Shown: positions 1 through 13,500 of the stretch, in pieces | How positions within the stretch are numbered: position 1 is the stretch's first letter | How the letters are laid out: every line of letters begins with the position of its first letter | From: Bispira polyomma | Lineage: Eukaryota | DNA: 64,000 nucleotides | Direction of reading: 5' to 3' | Assembly (NCBI GenBank): GCA_965649765.1 | Contig: OZ287754.1 | Span: forward strand, 10,478,001 to 10,542,000 | Notes under the pieces: generated by a model | What the model saw: the letters and a program-made list of their open reading frames with translations, nothing else | Database searches by the model: none | Told to the model about the DNA's origin: nothing | Program-made: the position numbers and the translations under genes

Positions 1-3000
1 TTGGCCTTTTTTTCCTTTTTCTCTGACATTGTTAGCTGGGCAGACACATGATTTTGTTTTATGATACTATCCTAGTTTTTCCTTGTCCCACTGATAAAAT
101 TAATAGATGACTATGTAATCATTTGCGGGTTCTTTTGAAATCTCACAATTAAAAACCGACAGCAGATGTTATAAATAGTATGTATGAGCAGTCCACAGTC
201 TGAGTGAACTATCTTTTATAAAATGATCTGACTAATGATAAGAACATGTCAGCTTTAGTGTTACATAATTCAAGTAGTTTTTTTTGCCTTGTTTAGTATT
301 ATCTTTGAGTTAATGAGTTTGTAAACAAACATTGTTACGTCTATTGAGTTAAAGAATTCCACTGTGCTGTGAAATTTATTATATTGACATTAATTTGACA
401 TTTGATCCCAACGAGTCGGTACAAACATGTAAATATAGATTTGTGAGAATGTATCTATTTATATTGTACCTATAAATAAATCATACTCATTGTGTATATC
501 TATATATAGGAAGTTATAATAACATTTCCTTATTTTTTTGCACCTGGACAGAATATAGGTCAACTGGCAGACTGTCATATGGGTAAAATGGTTTGATGTC
601 TGCACATATGTACATATACAGTAGAACCTCTATTATCTGAACACATTGAAGTGGAAGAAGACTTTGTTTGAGTAATGGGAAGAAAATAAAATAAAAAACA
701 CTCAGGAAACAGTGCCAATATAAAGCCCATGCTTTTATAACAGCTTACCCTCAATTTGTGTATAAATACAGTAAAACCTTTAAGGACTTTACAGACTTTT
801 CACGACACGACACAACACTACATAATAAATAGAAATAAGACAATATATATTGATTATTCAGTCTGGTCCCAGCACGACACTTCACTACACCATTCTGCAC
901 AGCACTGCAATCGGCCTTGAAGAAATCTCTAAAAAATGTTGTGCTGTGTCGTGGGCGGTCTGTAGAAACCTTTACAGTGAACACTCAGGGGACCCAGTTA
1001 AATTGTTTACTCCATTAAATGTGTTCACTAGTCAGAATTAAGTACTGTACAATTTACCACGTGGCGGTATTTACTAACAGACTTAGCCAACTCTTAGGTT
1101 TAAATCTAGTATAGCTTTGTGCTAGATTTAAGCCTTAGTCTTGGCTAACTCTGTTAGTCAATATGGGACCAGGGGCGGTATTATATCAAAAAAGGGGTAA
1201 AAGCCAGTACTTTGTCTTAGATCTAATAGACTTCTGTGCCAGATTTAGGACAATGTCTAGACTTAGCTTGTTTGTAAATGCCAAAATGGGACCCTGAATA
1301 AGTGTTCACTATAGGGAGGTGTTCACTATTTTTGGAACCATCAGAAGTATTATTATACAGTTCAAATTGTTAAACCAAAAAAAAACACATTCTCATAAGA
1401 GCCCATCCCCTACTTTTTGTAAAGTTTAAGTTAAAAGCCCAAGGGCTCTACAATAAGAGATGTAGGGGTCAAAATTTTTGAAACATGATAATCAGCGAAT
1501 AAACAAATGAAATATTCAGATAATAGAAGTTCTGTTTTGTGATCAAGTCTGCATATACCTTCTAAAATTGTATTTGCTTATTAAGATAAAGCTTCATCCT
1601 AAAACTTTTCTGACCCTTTGTTAATGACATGTCAATGTGTATTTGTTGAGCAAGTATACAATTATTTGAGGTAACCTGTTCATATATTATTGTTGTACCT
1701 AATATTTAATGTTGTATTCATAGATATTATGTACATGGATTTTGAAGATTGATATTTACAGTTTTGTTGTAATAATTATTCGAAAATGATAATGGTCGAA
1801 ATCATTCTTTTCACTATTGGACCTTTTCTACCACCAGTGGCCATGTTCACAAGAGGTCTTATTCTTCAATTAATTTTAAGCTTTAGATTTTGGTCTTTGC
1901 TTTTGGCCGAAACAGTCTAAGATTTTGTTCTTAGTTACAGTGAGAAAAGATCTTTCCGTAGTGTTATAACTTTGCACTTAACATTAAGACTAACAGTAGA
2001 GAGTCTTAAATATTTTAGACTTATAAATGTTAAGCTTAAGACTAAGTTAAGACTAAGTTAAGACTAAAACCTTTTGTGAATACGACCCCAGACTTCTCTT
2101 CATTGAAACTTGATTAGGACATTTTAACATCGATTCTGACACTGTAGATTATAGAACTTTAACAGTGACATTAAAACAGGTAATAATTGAGTTTTCAATC
2201 ACAGATTAATTGCGCTTGCCAAATAAAATCAAGGTACGGCAAACCTGTCGAAAGTTTATTCAAAGGTGGCAACCCTCAGACAACAACAAAAATAGAAGGG
2301 AATTTGTAAAAAAGAAACGAGAGTTTGAGGTACAACTCACAACTGAACATAGATAAGTGAAAACCTAAATTTGAATTTAGTTGGGTTTTACATCGCTTTT
2401 AACTGCTCAGGTCATATAACAACAGGATGCGATCCTACACTGGTGAGAGACCAGTCAGTATGAGGCTTAAGGGATTTACAGACCGCCCACGACATATCAC
2501 GACTTTTTTTTGAGATTTCTCAAAAAGGCCAATTGAAGTTTCGTACTGGAACCAGTCAAATTAGTCAATATATATTGTCTTGTTTCTATTTTTATGTCGT
2601 GTCGTGTCGATGGTGGTCTGTAAAGCCCTGAACACTTCTAACCACTAGGCCATCATGTCCCCTAACCTAAAACATTTATGTATCTCTGTACACAGTTATA
2701 TGCAAACCTAATGCCCTGTGCCTCCATCCCTCATGCTTATTAGTCAGTTAATATAAATACCAAGTAGAAGTGATGAACACTGGCACATTATATAAGACAT
2801 GCCTCGGTCACAGTTATAATGAGTAACATCTAGAGTAACATGTAACGATTGTAAACTGAAAATTATGTAATTTTTGTGAGAGAAAAAGTGTCAAATTTGG
2901 ATAAAACAGTCATCTGTATAAATTAACCCATTTTAAGGATCTTTTTTGATAGTTTAGTTATTTTTATACATGTGCATATTTCACAGATATTTAGATGTTT

Positions 3001-3979
3001 TCCCTATTCCTTTTGCATATTTTGACTATTTTGAATTGAATATTGTCCTATTGCAATGGCAAGGTTTAAAGGTGGAAGAAACCAGTGCTGACACCACTGT
3101 GAAAACCACCTGCCTACAGTAAGTACCTGACAAACTTTCCCACACAAAGGAAGGAATGGAATTCAAAACCCACATTGGTGAGAGGCCAGTGTTTGTAAAG
3201 CAGGCAATTCTAAGCAATTGGCCACTGCAGCCCCTACTTCTGTACAAAAAAGATGAGGAAACTGTGTTGATAATTTTGCCTGGGCTTCCTTTCAGCAGTC
3301 ACCGATGTCGGCCGTTTTATTGAAAGCCGAGCTGACAAAAATCGGACAGACCTCCCGATTTCTTCGCTCCCTGACCGATAAATTATGATGGGGGAACAGA
3401 CATCCGCTGACGTCTGATTTGATATGAGGAAAATATGTTGAAAGGAAACCTGATATTGTTTTCTCTCTGAAAAGGGTGCAACCATGTTGGAAAGACCTTG
3501 AAGGGTTGGTTGAAAGCAATCGACCGATCCAAACTAAGACGTGTCAAATTTGCCTGAGTACGAGGCCATCTTAGTAATAATATGTAAGACCTTCCTGGAT
3601 TGGTTCGAAGCAATCGACCTGTCCAAACTGAGGGGTTTCAGATTTACCGGAGTATATAGTAATAGTGGCCATATTATTACATTAGTGCATTTCACACTGC
3701 ACCTGTGCCTTAAATTGAAGACTGTGTATACAACGTAGTAGTTTATAACATAGTCATTAATAAAACTTTTACCGCAACCTTTTTCTACCTTGTTGAAACT
3801 CACCTGTAAGTAAACAATATCTTGTTTCTACCTTTCTTACCTTTAAATCTTGAACCTGGACCCCGAAAAAATTGGTGGCCCCCTCAACGTTAGTGTATTT
3901 CACACTGTGTACCTGTGTTATTTTTTAAAAGACAACTCTTGTTTGGAGAATTCTTTATCGCCTAGTTTTTGTGATCATT

Positions 3980-4417
3980 AGCTGTACTTGTTTCAGAGTT
4001 AACTGGCGTTCATTTAGCTGTACCTGTTTCAGAGTTGACAGGTGTACTGCTGAACTTGTTATAGAGTTGACCAGTGTTCATTTAGCTCTACTTGTTGCAG
4101 AGTTGACAGGTGTACTGCTGTACTTGTTTCAGAGTTGACAGGTGTACTGCTGTATTTGTTTCCGAGTTGACTGGTGTTCATGTGCTCTCATTGTTTCCGA
4201 GTTGACTGGTGTACTGCTGTATTTGTTTCAGAGTTGACTGGTGTACTGCTGTCATTGTTTCAGAGTTGACTGGTGTTCATGTGCTGTCATTGTTTCAGAG
4301 TTGACTGGTGTACTGCTGTACTTGTTTCAGAGTGGACTGGTGTTCTGCTGTACTTGTTTTAGAGTTGACTGGTGTACTGCTGTACTTGTTTCAGAGTTGA
4401 CTGGTGTACTGCTGTAC
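3980..4417 (+). repeat. ~32-bp minisatellite (~13 copies) spanning a splice acceptor
   Basis: Unit gctgtacttgtttcag|agttgactggtgtact. Confidence 0.9.
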
Positions 4418-4547
4418 AAAGAGGGAGAGAAGAATTACTGTGTAGATAACTACATTAGATCTGTGTTGTCACTACCAGAAAACATCACTGCTAACCTGGC
4501 TATAGAGAAAGGCTGTGGGATCTACACCATTACATCCGTGGAAGGAG
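4395..4547 (+). CDS. Exon, repeat A part 1 (ELTGVLLYKEGEKNYCVDNY...GCGIYTITSVEG)
   Basis: tttcag| acceptor and |gtaacc donor, 153 nt, phase 1-1; the acceptor lies in a 32-bp minisatellite. Confidence 0.7.
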
Positions 4548-7500
4548 GTAACCATAGCAACCTGATCTCTCTCGTAATTTAAATTCTGAATTTGAATTGG
4601 GATATTTAACGTCCACTCTAGTACCTGTTTAGGTTATATTGGGACGGGTAGTTGGAAATGCTGGTGGAAACACTGCATACAGTTGATCAAGGTTCTGCAC
4701 TGAAACCAGCGGCCCACAGTAAGGAACTACCACCTTTCCCACATAGGCATCGACGGGAGTCGAACTCACGCCGCCCAGAGGTGAGAGACCAGTGATTATG
4801 AAGTGCAATGTTTGCTAACCACAAGGCCACCGCGGCCCCTCTCTCATAATTGAAAATATTCCTAGTTTACTCGAACTCTTTTGACCACTGCGTTGTCGGC
4901 AAGTAGTCCGCAAACAGTCGACACCCTAAAAAGACCTGAAGTGGTCTGTGGTGTGTGTTTTAGTGACTTCAGCTATCTGTAACGTAATACCCATAAATTT
5001 CCTTCAGTTCCTGGTGATAGTTTTCTCTTTGGGTCAAAATGGTTTTATATAGGCCGTGGGGGTAAACAATTTTAACCCACCGGGTCATCTGGATGGGCCA
5101 GCCGGCGTTGGCTGGCAAAGTTTTTCTGGTATATCCTCAGAAAAACTGTGAGGTTGAGGAAGTTCATATTTTGGAAACATGTAGGTGTGAAACGTCATGG
5201 TCTGATTTCACCCAAACTCCGTGGGGATGCGGCATGTTTTGTTGTCTCTTGTTTTGAAAAACAATTTGTTCTACTGAACATATAGTACAGAAGAACCTCT
5301 ATGTTCTGTATCTGACACTCGTCGGGAGAGGATGATTTGGTTTGGAGTGACAGAGTTTGTAAAATAGAAAAAAAACATTTTAATATAAAACAATAGAAAA
5401 TTTAAATTTGTTCTTAAAATGGAATGTTCAGATAAAAGAAGTTCAGACAATACAGGTTCTCCTTTATGTTCTTTTTTCTTGGATTTAAAATTGTATCTGT
5501 AACTTTGTCTGGCCTGGACTAGTACATACATCCATTCAATCCATCAATTTTTTCAGTCTTAGCCAATCAGATACTTTGAAAAAATATTCTCAGCCAATAA
5601 AATTGCTTGAGACAAAAAAAATTTTAAGGCAAAGAATCCCGGTTGTAAATACCAGCCCTGAATCAGTTACTGGCATTAGGAGAGAAGCTTGGGTACAGAT
5701 ATATTTAGTAATGTATGTTATAAGGGTCTCTAACATTTCATTGGGGTTAGAGGATATCATCCATTTACAGAGGACTGCATGTTTAAGTGGTCAGCCCAAC
5801 TACTGTGTATGTCATTCCTTAATTGTACTTGGGATAGAACCCAGGTCATCTAAATTTGTAACTTAGTGACTTTGCCAGTGGGGCACATTTAAGGAATCCA
5901 CTAGCTATATCAGAAGACATTTCAAATTAAAAGGGGTCTTCCTGTTTGTTTTTTGTTCAGTTTGGGTTTAAATATCCCTTTAAAACATATTGTCGTCATA
6001 CCACGACGGGCAGTTCACTGATGGAGGAAATCGAACCAGGGGTAGTTGGTCAAGGTTTTCTGCTCAGCAAAACCACCGGCCTTCAGCAAGTCTACTGCCA
6101 ACTTTCCCACATACAAGCCATGGCTGAGACTTGAACCCACGACTGTAGAGGTAGGAGGCAAGTGAGTTACTTCCACACACCCCCAATTTACGAAAGTAGT
6201 ATGTGAATGCTTTTAACCGTATATTATTTGTTCTACAAATGGTAGGCTTCACACTCAGTACAAAGAAGGGATACTTCCATATTACAGAGAATCCCATTAA
6301 GAGAACCACATTCAGCCAAGATAGTCCTACTATTGTGATAGTGGAAGGTAAGGTGATTCTTGTGTTAAAAACAATACGGTAGAAAGTATATCAGCCAATA
6401 AGAGAGCTTCAGACAGTTTGAACTTGCCAATAAAATTATCAGTTACAGAAAAAACAAATACAGTTCTATAATATATCCAAATTTTTAATTATCTGTAGTC
6501 TCTACAAAATATAAAATTCATTCAGGATATGATATGATGTTAAAATAATTGTTTAATAGGCAATACTACTAAAATGTGTGAAGTCATAGTAAAAGTTGTA
6601 TAATTGCTGAGGGTTTTAGTTAATATTGACATTGTGAGCTATGATCATTGTCAATTATTGCCAAACTGTGGATTCGTAAAATTGTCTATTCGGAGAGTAC
6701 ATACAGCTTCCGATTATGGAAATAATTGCATGCTTATCTGAGATATTAACTAGTAGCCCTTTTGACCCACTTTGTTGTTGGCAATGAGTTGGTGGCTTTT
6801 GGGGTTCAAGCATCTCTGGTATCTATTACAGTAGACTCTATATAAGTTGAATGTCTAATGTCAACAAATTTTGAAAGCAATTTCTTAAAACATTTGCTGA
6901 GATTTTTTACAAATGCTAGATTTTAGAAATGTGACAAAAGCTTTAAGTATGCTTAAGATTTCTGGTTATAAAATTTTCTCTTATGCCCCAGTCACACCGG
7001 CTTTCACGTAAGCAGTCTTTAGCAAATTAATTTTGCGTAGGGTTTGCAGGAGTTAACGTATTGGACGTGATAGTACATAACCTGAAGTGGGATATGTTAC
7101 GCAAGAAATTTGTAATTTCAAACTGTTTGAAATTTGGACACGCAAACCACATAAGATTGATGCGTGGTTTAATGTATATATTTGTGAGAGCTTTGCGAGA
7201 TGTAGCGTGGTATAATGTGCTTTGATGTAGCCAAACGAGTGTTAACGTAATACACGTAATATTATGGCCTTTGTCAATGTTTGTCTATGGGTTTCTATGC
7301 ATACAAATGCCTACAAATGCGTGCCATTTAATAAGTAATTTTACGTGAACTGTTGCATCAGCTGCGAGTCTTAACAGGTATTGATGTAGATGTTTGGGTA
7401 AGGTAACACTTTTTATGTAATAAAAATATATATAAATCTACTTCTGCGTGGACTTCTGCATCAAATATTTGCAAGAACCCTGCGTGGGTAACATAGACAA

Positions 7501-10500
7501 ACGTCAATCCGGTGGAACTGGGCTCTTACTCTTCCCCTGTGTATGTAGGTCTAACAGCAGACAGTACAGAGTGGGGATCAGAGGGTAGGGCCATACATAA
7601 ACTAGGAGAGGACACCACCTGTGTGAATGTGAACACACGCTGCTATATCACTGCAGTGCGGACCTCTTGTGACAACAACTGGCATCTCCTACCACTAACT
7701 GAAGAGGGTAAGAGAGAAGCATTGAATTACTGTTGTTGTATAATATATATTATAAAGAGACTTGCTTCTGGTGGGACTGGATACCTGGATCTTGTGTATC
7801 TTGAGATTAATAGTCCCACACTTAACAGTTTAGCTAAAGGGGAAACCCTGCAAGCCCAAGTGTTTAATGCTCTGATATACACACTGATATTACATGCCTC
7901 TCCCCCACAAAGACCTGTCCTCAGGTCCTATATGACTACCTTATGACACTACTACGCAACTCGCTTTACTGAGAGGTATCTGGACCATGTAATATTATAG
8001 AGAAACTTGCTTCTGCTTGGATTTGATTTTAAACTAAATATTCAGAAAATCGTGTGACCATCTATTTGAATAGTAATTTTACCATTTGTTTTCTGCGTTA
8101 ATAATGTCTTTTGTTTCTATTTTAACTTAAATGATAATTTTTCATGATTTATTAAGCGCATATTAGATTGATGTGTCCGACCGTCCGTCAACATTTTAGT
8201 TTCTGGACATTTAAAGGAAAAGTATTGCAGCTATCATCACCAAATTTGTTGTGGAGGTGTATAATGTCCATAGCTTGGTTGAAATTGTATTAGGGCCCAT
8301 TCCGAAAAACAAGATGGCCGCTATCTTGAAAATGGTTTCCGGACATTCAAAGGAAAAGTATTGCAGCTATCATCACCAAATTTGTTGTGGAGGTGTATCA
8401 TGTCAATAGCTTCGTTCGGATTGTATTTGGGCCCATTCCAAAAAACAGAATGGTCGCCACGGCTGCCATCTTGAAAACGGTTTCCGGACATTTAAAGGAA
8501 TTTGAATTTAAATATTTAACGTCCACTCTAGTACCTGTTTAGGTTATATTGGGACGGGTAGTTGGAAATGCTGGAGGAAACACTGCATACAGTTGATCAA
8601 GGTTCTGCACTGAAACCAGCGGCCCACAGTAAGGAACTACCACCTTTCCGACATAGGCATCGACGGGATTCGAACTCACGCCGCCCAGAGGTGAGAGACC
8701 AGTGATTGTGAAGCGCAATGCTTGCTAACCACTGGGCCACCGCGGCCCCGGACATTTAAAGGAAAAGTATTGCAGCTATCATTATCAAATTTGTTGTGGA
8801 GGCGTATTATGTCAATAGCTTGGTTGGGATTGGACTGATACCAATTGCGCAACCCGGCTTTTTGGGGTCTGTAGCCCCACTTATTTGTTATGAAGTACAG
8901 TCAAAGAAATTCTATATATATTATATAAAATTATTTAAAATATAACAATGATGTTGATGTTTTTAAAACTTAATTTTTTGTTTTATTCAGTATCAGAGGA
9001 AAATGTTGACCTCAGTGACCTTGCCTCAGGTTAGTGATATGTAAAGTACATAATTCAACTTGAAAATGAGATAAAGACAACATATATATACAGATTATTA
9101 TGTAAAATGTTATATTTGTAGTTAATTTGATTTAAATTGGCTGTACTGTATATACCTGCTAAAGTTTGCAGGATTTTTTGTTCACCGCCATCTTTGTTTA
9201 CATAAAGGGTGTGCTATAACTTTTTCTGTGAACTGAGAACACAGGTACCTGCACATTAAATGAGCCGCCCATGTAGCAATATCAGGGACCATATTCACAA
9301 ACATTCTTAGAATGCAATTCTTACAATTTTAGTCTGAGCCAATTAGGTTCTTTTAAAAAATATTTTCAGCCAATCAAATTGCTTGAGACAAAAATTAAAA
9401 AAAAAGAATTTTTATGAATAGCAGTACTAAAATTGAGAATCCTAGTGAATATGTTGTCACCGATGTAGCACTCACTCTCCGCTCGATTTGACTTTGAGGT
9501 CTTAACAATTTTAACATCACAAATAACATGCTTTACACATGGATATGCCAATACAAACTTTAAATCTATAAAATAGAAATATTAATTAATTTAAATACGC
9601 ATTTTAGTGATTGACAAGTGCTCTTGATTGTGTTTGACCGCTATGATATAGAGATGTACACAACATTGTTAATAGATTGGAAAGTGGTATTGGAAACAGA
9701 CTATCATATTAACAACTTGTCAAAGACCCTTTAGAAGATACCTGGCATCAATTAGGCGCATTACAAATTCCATCATATCATACCATATTTTCTCACCCCA
9801 GATTGCGTCAGTACAGGCTACTTACTGTTCTACATCCATGACTTGGAGTCCAGTCCCATGTACTGGTGTCACACAGCCTATGACCTGAGCATGACAGGCC
9901 AGGTACAGGACACTCTGAATACAAGCCTACTGGGAGACATGGGATGTACACCATTCCAAGTGTATGCTTCTAGTGGTACTACTGGTAAGTCACTCTTAAT
10001 ACAGCCCTACCAGGAGACATGGGGTGTACACCATTCATAGTGTATGCTTCCAGTGGTACTACTGGTAAGTCACCTTTAATACAACCCTACTAGGAGACAT
10101 AGGGTGTACACCATTCCAAGTGTATGCTCCTAGTGGTACTACTGGTATGTCACCCTCAATACAGCTCTACTAGGAGACATGGGGTGTACACAATTCATAG
10201 TGTATGCTTCCAGTAGTACTACTGGTAAGTCACATTTAATACAACCCTACTAGGAGACATGGGGTGTACACCATTCCAAGTGTATGCTCCTAGTGGTACT
10301 ACTGGTATGTCACCCTCAATACAGCTCTACTAGGAGACATGGGGTGTACACAATTCATAGTGTATGCTTCCAATAGTACTACTGGTAAGTCACATTTAAT
10401 ACAACCCTACTAGGAGACATGGGGTGTACACCATTCATAGTGTATGCTTCTAGTGGTACTACTGGCAAGTTACCCTCAATACAGCTCTACTAGGAGACAT

Positions 10501-13500
10501 GGGGTGTACACAATTCCAACTGTATGCTTCTTGTAGTACACCTGGTAAGTCACCCTCAATACAGCCTTACTAGGATACATGGGATGTACACCATTCCAAG
10601 TATATGCTTCTATAGATACTACTGGTCAGTGAAGGACTATCTCAAATATTTAAATATTTATTAATACAGTTGGACCCCTTTAACTTAAATCTCAATGGAC
10701 AAGAAGAAAAACCTCTATTTAAACAGGGTTTTCACTTAAGAGGTTAGATTTTAAAAGAAAAGGTCTTTGCGGGACTAAAAGTTTACTCCACTATTTTTTA
10801 TTTATTATAGTGACATGTAAATAAGTAACCACTTTTGCAAAATTATTAAACAAATAAATAGAATTGACCCAGCCTGAGTTGGCCTTAAATGTTAGCTTAA
10901 ACACAAGAATATAATTATAGATCATCATCAAAACTGATATTTGACACAACTGTTTTTGTTTTGTTTTTCGTTAGGAGAGTAAGACTTTGTTTGGAAATTA
11001 AAATGAGTTCATAAGTAAAATATTCAGATAATAGAAGTTCTGATACTAACGGTTCTACTGTGATTCTGTTCCATCTATTTTCAGGAGCATACTACCTCAA
11101 ATCTCTATCCATGGATGCCTTCTTGTACTATGACCAAGAACTTGGATACGAAGGTTTCTCAGAATCGCCCACTCAGCTTTTTACATTTTCTGGCAAAGAC
11201 CGAACCATGAGCGAGTTGCGCGACTCCACTTTCCACAAAGTCTTGTTACCATGGAGTTTCAATGGTGAAGCAACCGTTGCCATGGCATCCTGCAATTTCC
11301 TGAGTACGAATCCCCCAGGACACTCGAGTAAATGCCACAAGTTTATCTTGGCGGAGGATACCAGTTTAGCAGGTAAATAAGGAAATGTGAACCTTGATGG
11401 TTTTACATTTTTTAAAAAACTAGAAAACAGTTTTTGAAAACAAAGTGTCCCTGAAGTTGAAGCAATAATGAAGTGGTTTTAGTGTACAAGTTTGAAGTAA
11501 AGTTTAATTTATTGATAACAATAGATTATATAACATTTCCCCTTACATAATAATAATAAGAAACATCTCTTCTGTTTGAAGAATCTAACAGACTTTGTTC
11601 TCCCAACATGTTTGGATAATAGAGATTCTACAGTATTTTGCCTAGGTTGGTATTCTGGAACGTATACTCAGCTTAAACCGATACTTAACTCAAATCTAGA
11701 GTCTCTATACCTCTTGATACAGTAAGTTTATCTCAAATCTGACTTCATATTTGAATTTAGTGTTGAAAGCTCTATTGAAATGAATGGTCACAAATATAGG
11801 TTTCTTCTATGTACATTGAATGCCACACATAGCCTATATTTGAGTATGAGTTCAAGCATGGATTTTCTTTCAAGAATACCAGCCCAGTGGTCCTTTGTGG
11901 GGTTTGACTTAAAGGGGTTTCAACTGTGTGTATATTTTTGTTACACAGACAATACAGACACCAGCTGTCCCGACAGTTCTGACAGTAACAGCCAAACAGT
12001 AACCTCAACATATGATAATGGTAAGCTCTTTTGTAACTTCTGCCATGGGGATGTGCTCTCACCCATATCCATTAGTTTGTTAGTTTGTCATCCATGGAGC
12101 CAAGGAAAATTCTTTTAAGAAGGGATCCAGGAATATTTATTTATTTTTTTTTCATTCTGTGGCACCTTGACAGAGGTATGCACTCCACTGAGTGCCCTTT
12201 CTAATCTAATCTAATCTAACTTTTATAGTGCTTAATCTCCGTACTAGCAGATTTTAAGGCGCTTTAGTTTGGGTCTTTTACTTTATACCATACTAAGTGT
12301 TGTATTGATAGAACTGGGTGGGGCCATATTGGACAATGAGGCAAACTGTGTAACATTTTTTATTTTCCCCATTTCATGAATCGTGCAAGATGTATATTAT
12401 AATAACAACTATACTTACATCATACACCCCAATACAATGCTACTTAATACACAAGTTGTTCCTCCTTGTCTCTTTAAATTTGTAAGAAAGAGTAAAAGGT
12501 AACAGCTAGTGTCCTAATTAAATACCCAAACATACAGGAAATATGACAATATTGAAACATGAAACAAGGACATCTTTCAGTGGTTGGTTTGTCCCGAACC
12601 GAAGCACACAGCAATTTATACGCACTTAAAAATGATGAATTTGCTTATTATCTCTTTCAGAGTGTCATTTCCAGGGAGCAGTCTACCTATAGTGACTTCA
12701 ATAAACACAAAGTACTATTCTCTCTTTCAGAGTGTTATTTCCGGGAACCAGTCTACCTAGTCACTACAGTAAACAGGAAGTACTATTGTGTGAGCACAGA
12801 TGGAGTCTTATTAGAGGAGATGGCTGATACACTCTCCTCAGAGGAAGCATCCATGTTCAACTGTTCACTGTTTGCATTCTACCAGGCTCACCATCAAGGT
12901 TTGTTGGATACTGGTGGCAGACCAAGTAGTGTCTGTGTACCAATTTATGTCTGGGGCCATATTTAAAAAATGTCTTAGCCACCACTTTCTGTTTGTTTGT
13001 CACCAGCATTATACAAAAACTGCTTTAACCGATTAACATGAAATTTGGTGGAGGGACAGGGCATGTGCCGTGGAAGACTCCAGTAAATGTTAGAACAGAT
13101 CTGGTAGAAGGGCAGATCAGGGAAATATTTGTTTTAAATTTTTTTGGCACTTTGACACTTTGATGGAGGTAAATACTCTACTGGGTACACTTCTAGTTTA
13201 ATATAAAAACTATTTTTTTTGTATTAACAAATTTGATTGGCTGTTAAAACTGTTTGAAACAATGTGATTGACTGAAACTAAAACATTTCTAAGAATGGCA
13301 TTCTGAGAATGTTTTCCCTTCATGTTAATTTATTTTTTCTTTACAGGGGAATACTACATTAAGAAGCTGGACTCCAGTCTGACCTATTTAGGTGGTGACC
13401 AATCAGCAGTCAGCTACAGCAGTGACCCCCAGATGTCCTTCACCTTTACAGGAATTGCCCGCGATGACCTTGAATTGTACCAGACAGATGTGTCCAGGCT

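Noticed and set aside
1785-1856. Possible first exon / signal peptide (MIMVEIILFTIGPFLPPVA...) for the + strand gene
   Set aside because: Poor signal-peptide pattern, weak donor, and it runs into a MITE; the 5' end is left unresolved.
4740-4839. tRNA gene
   Set aside because: A and B boxes are present, but it is a SINE head with body, tail and TSD; no clean cloverleaf or Pol III terminator.
9985-10004. 20-nt GT-AG micro-intron inside the 80-bp unit
   Set aside because: Too short for the metazoan spliceosome; only the 100- and 180-nt combinations are plausible.
9918-10630. CRISPR-like regular array
   Set aside because: Head-to-tail repeats with no unique spacers, derived from exon/intron sequence.
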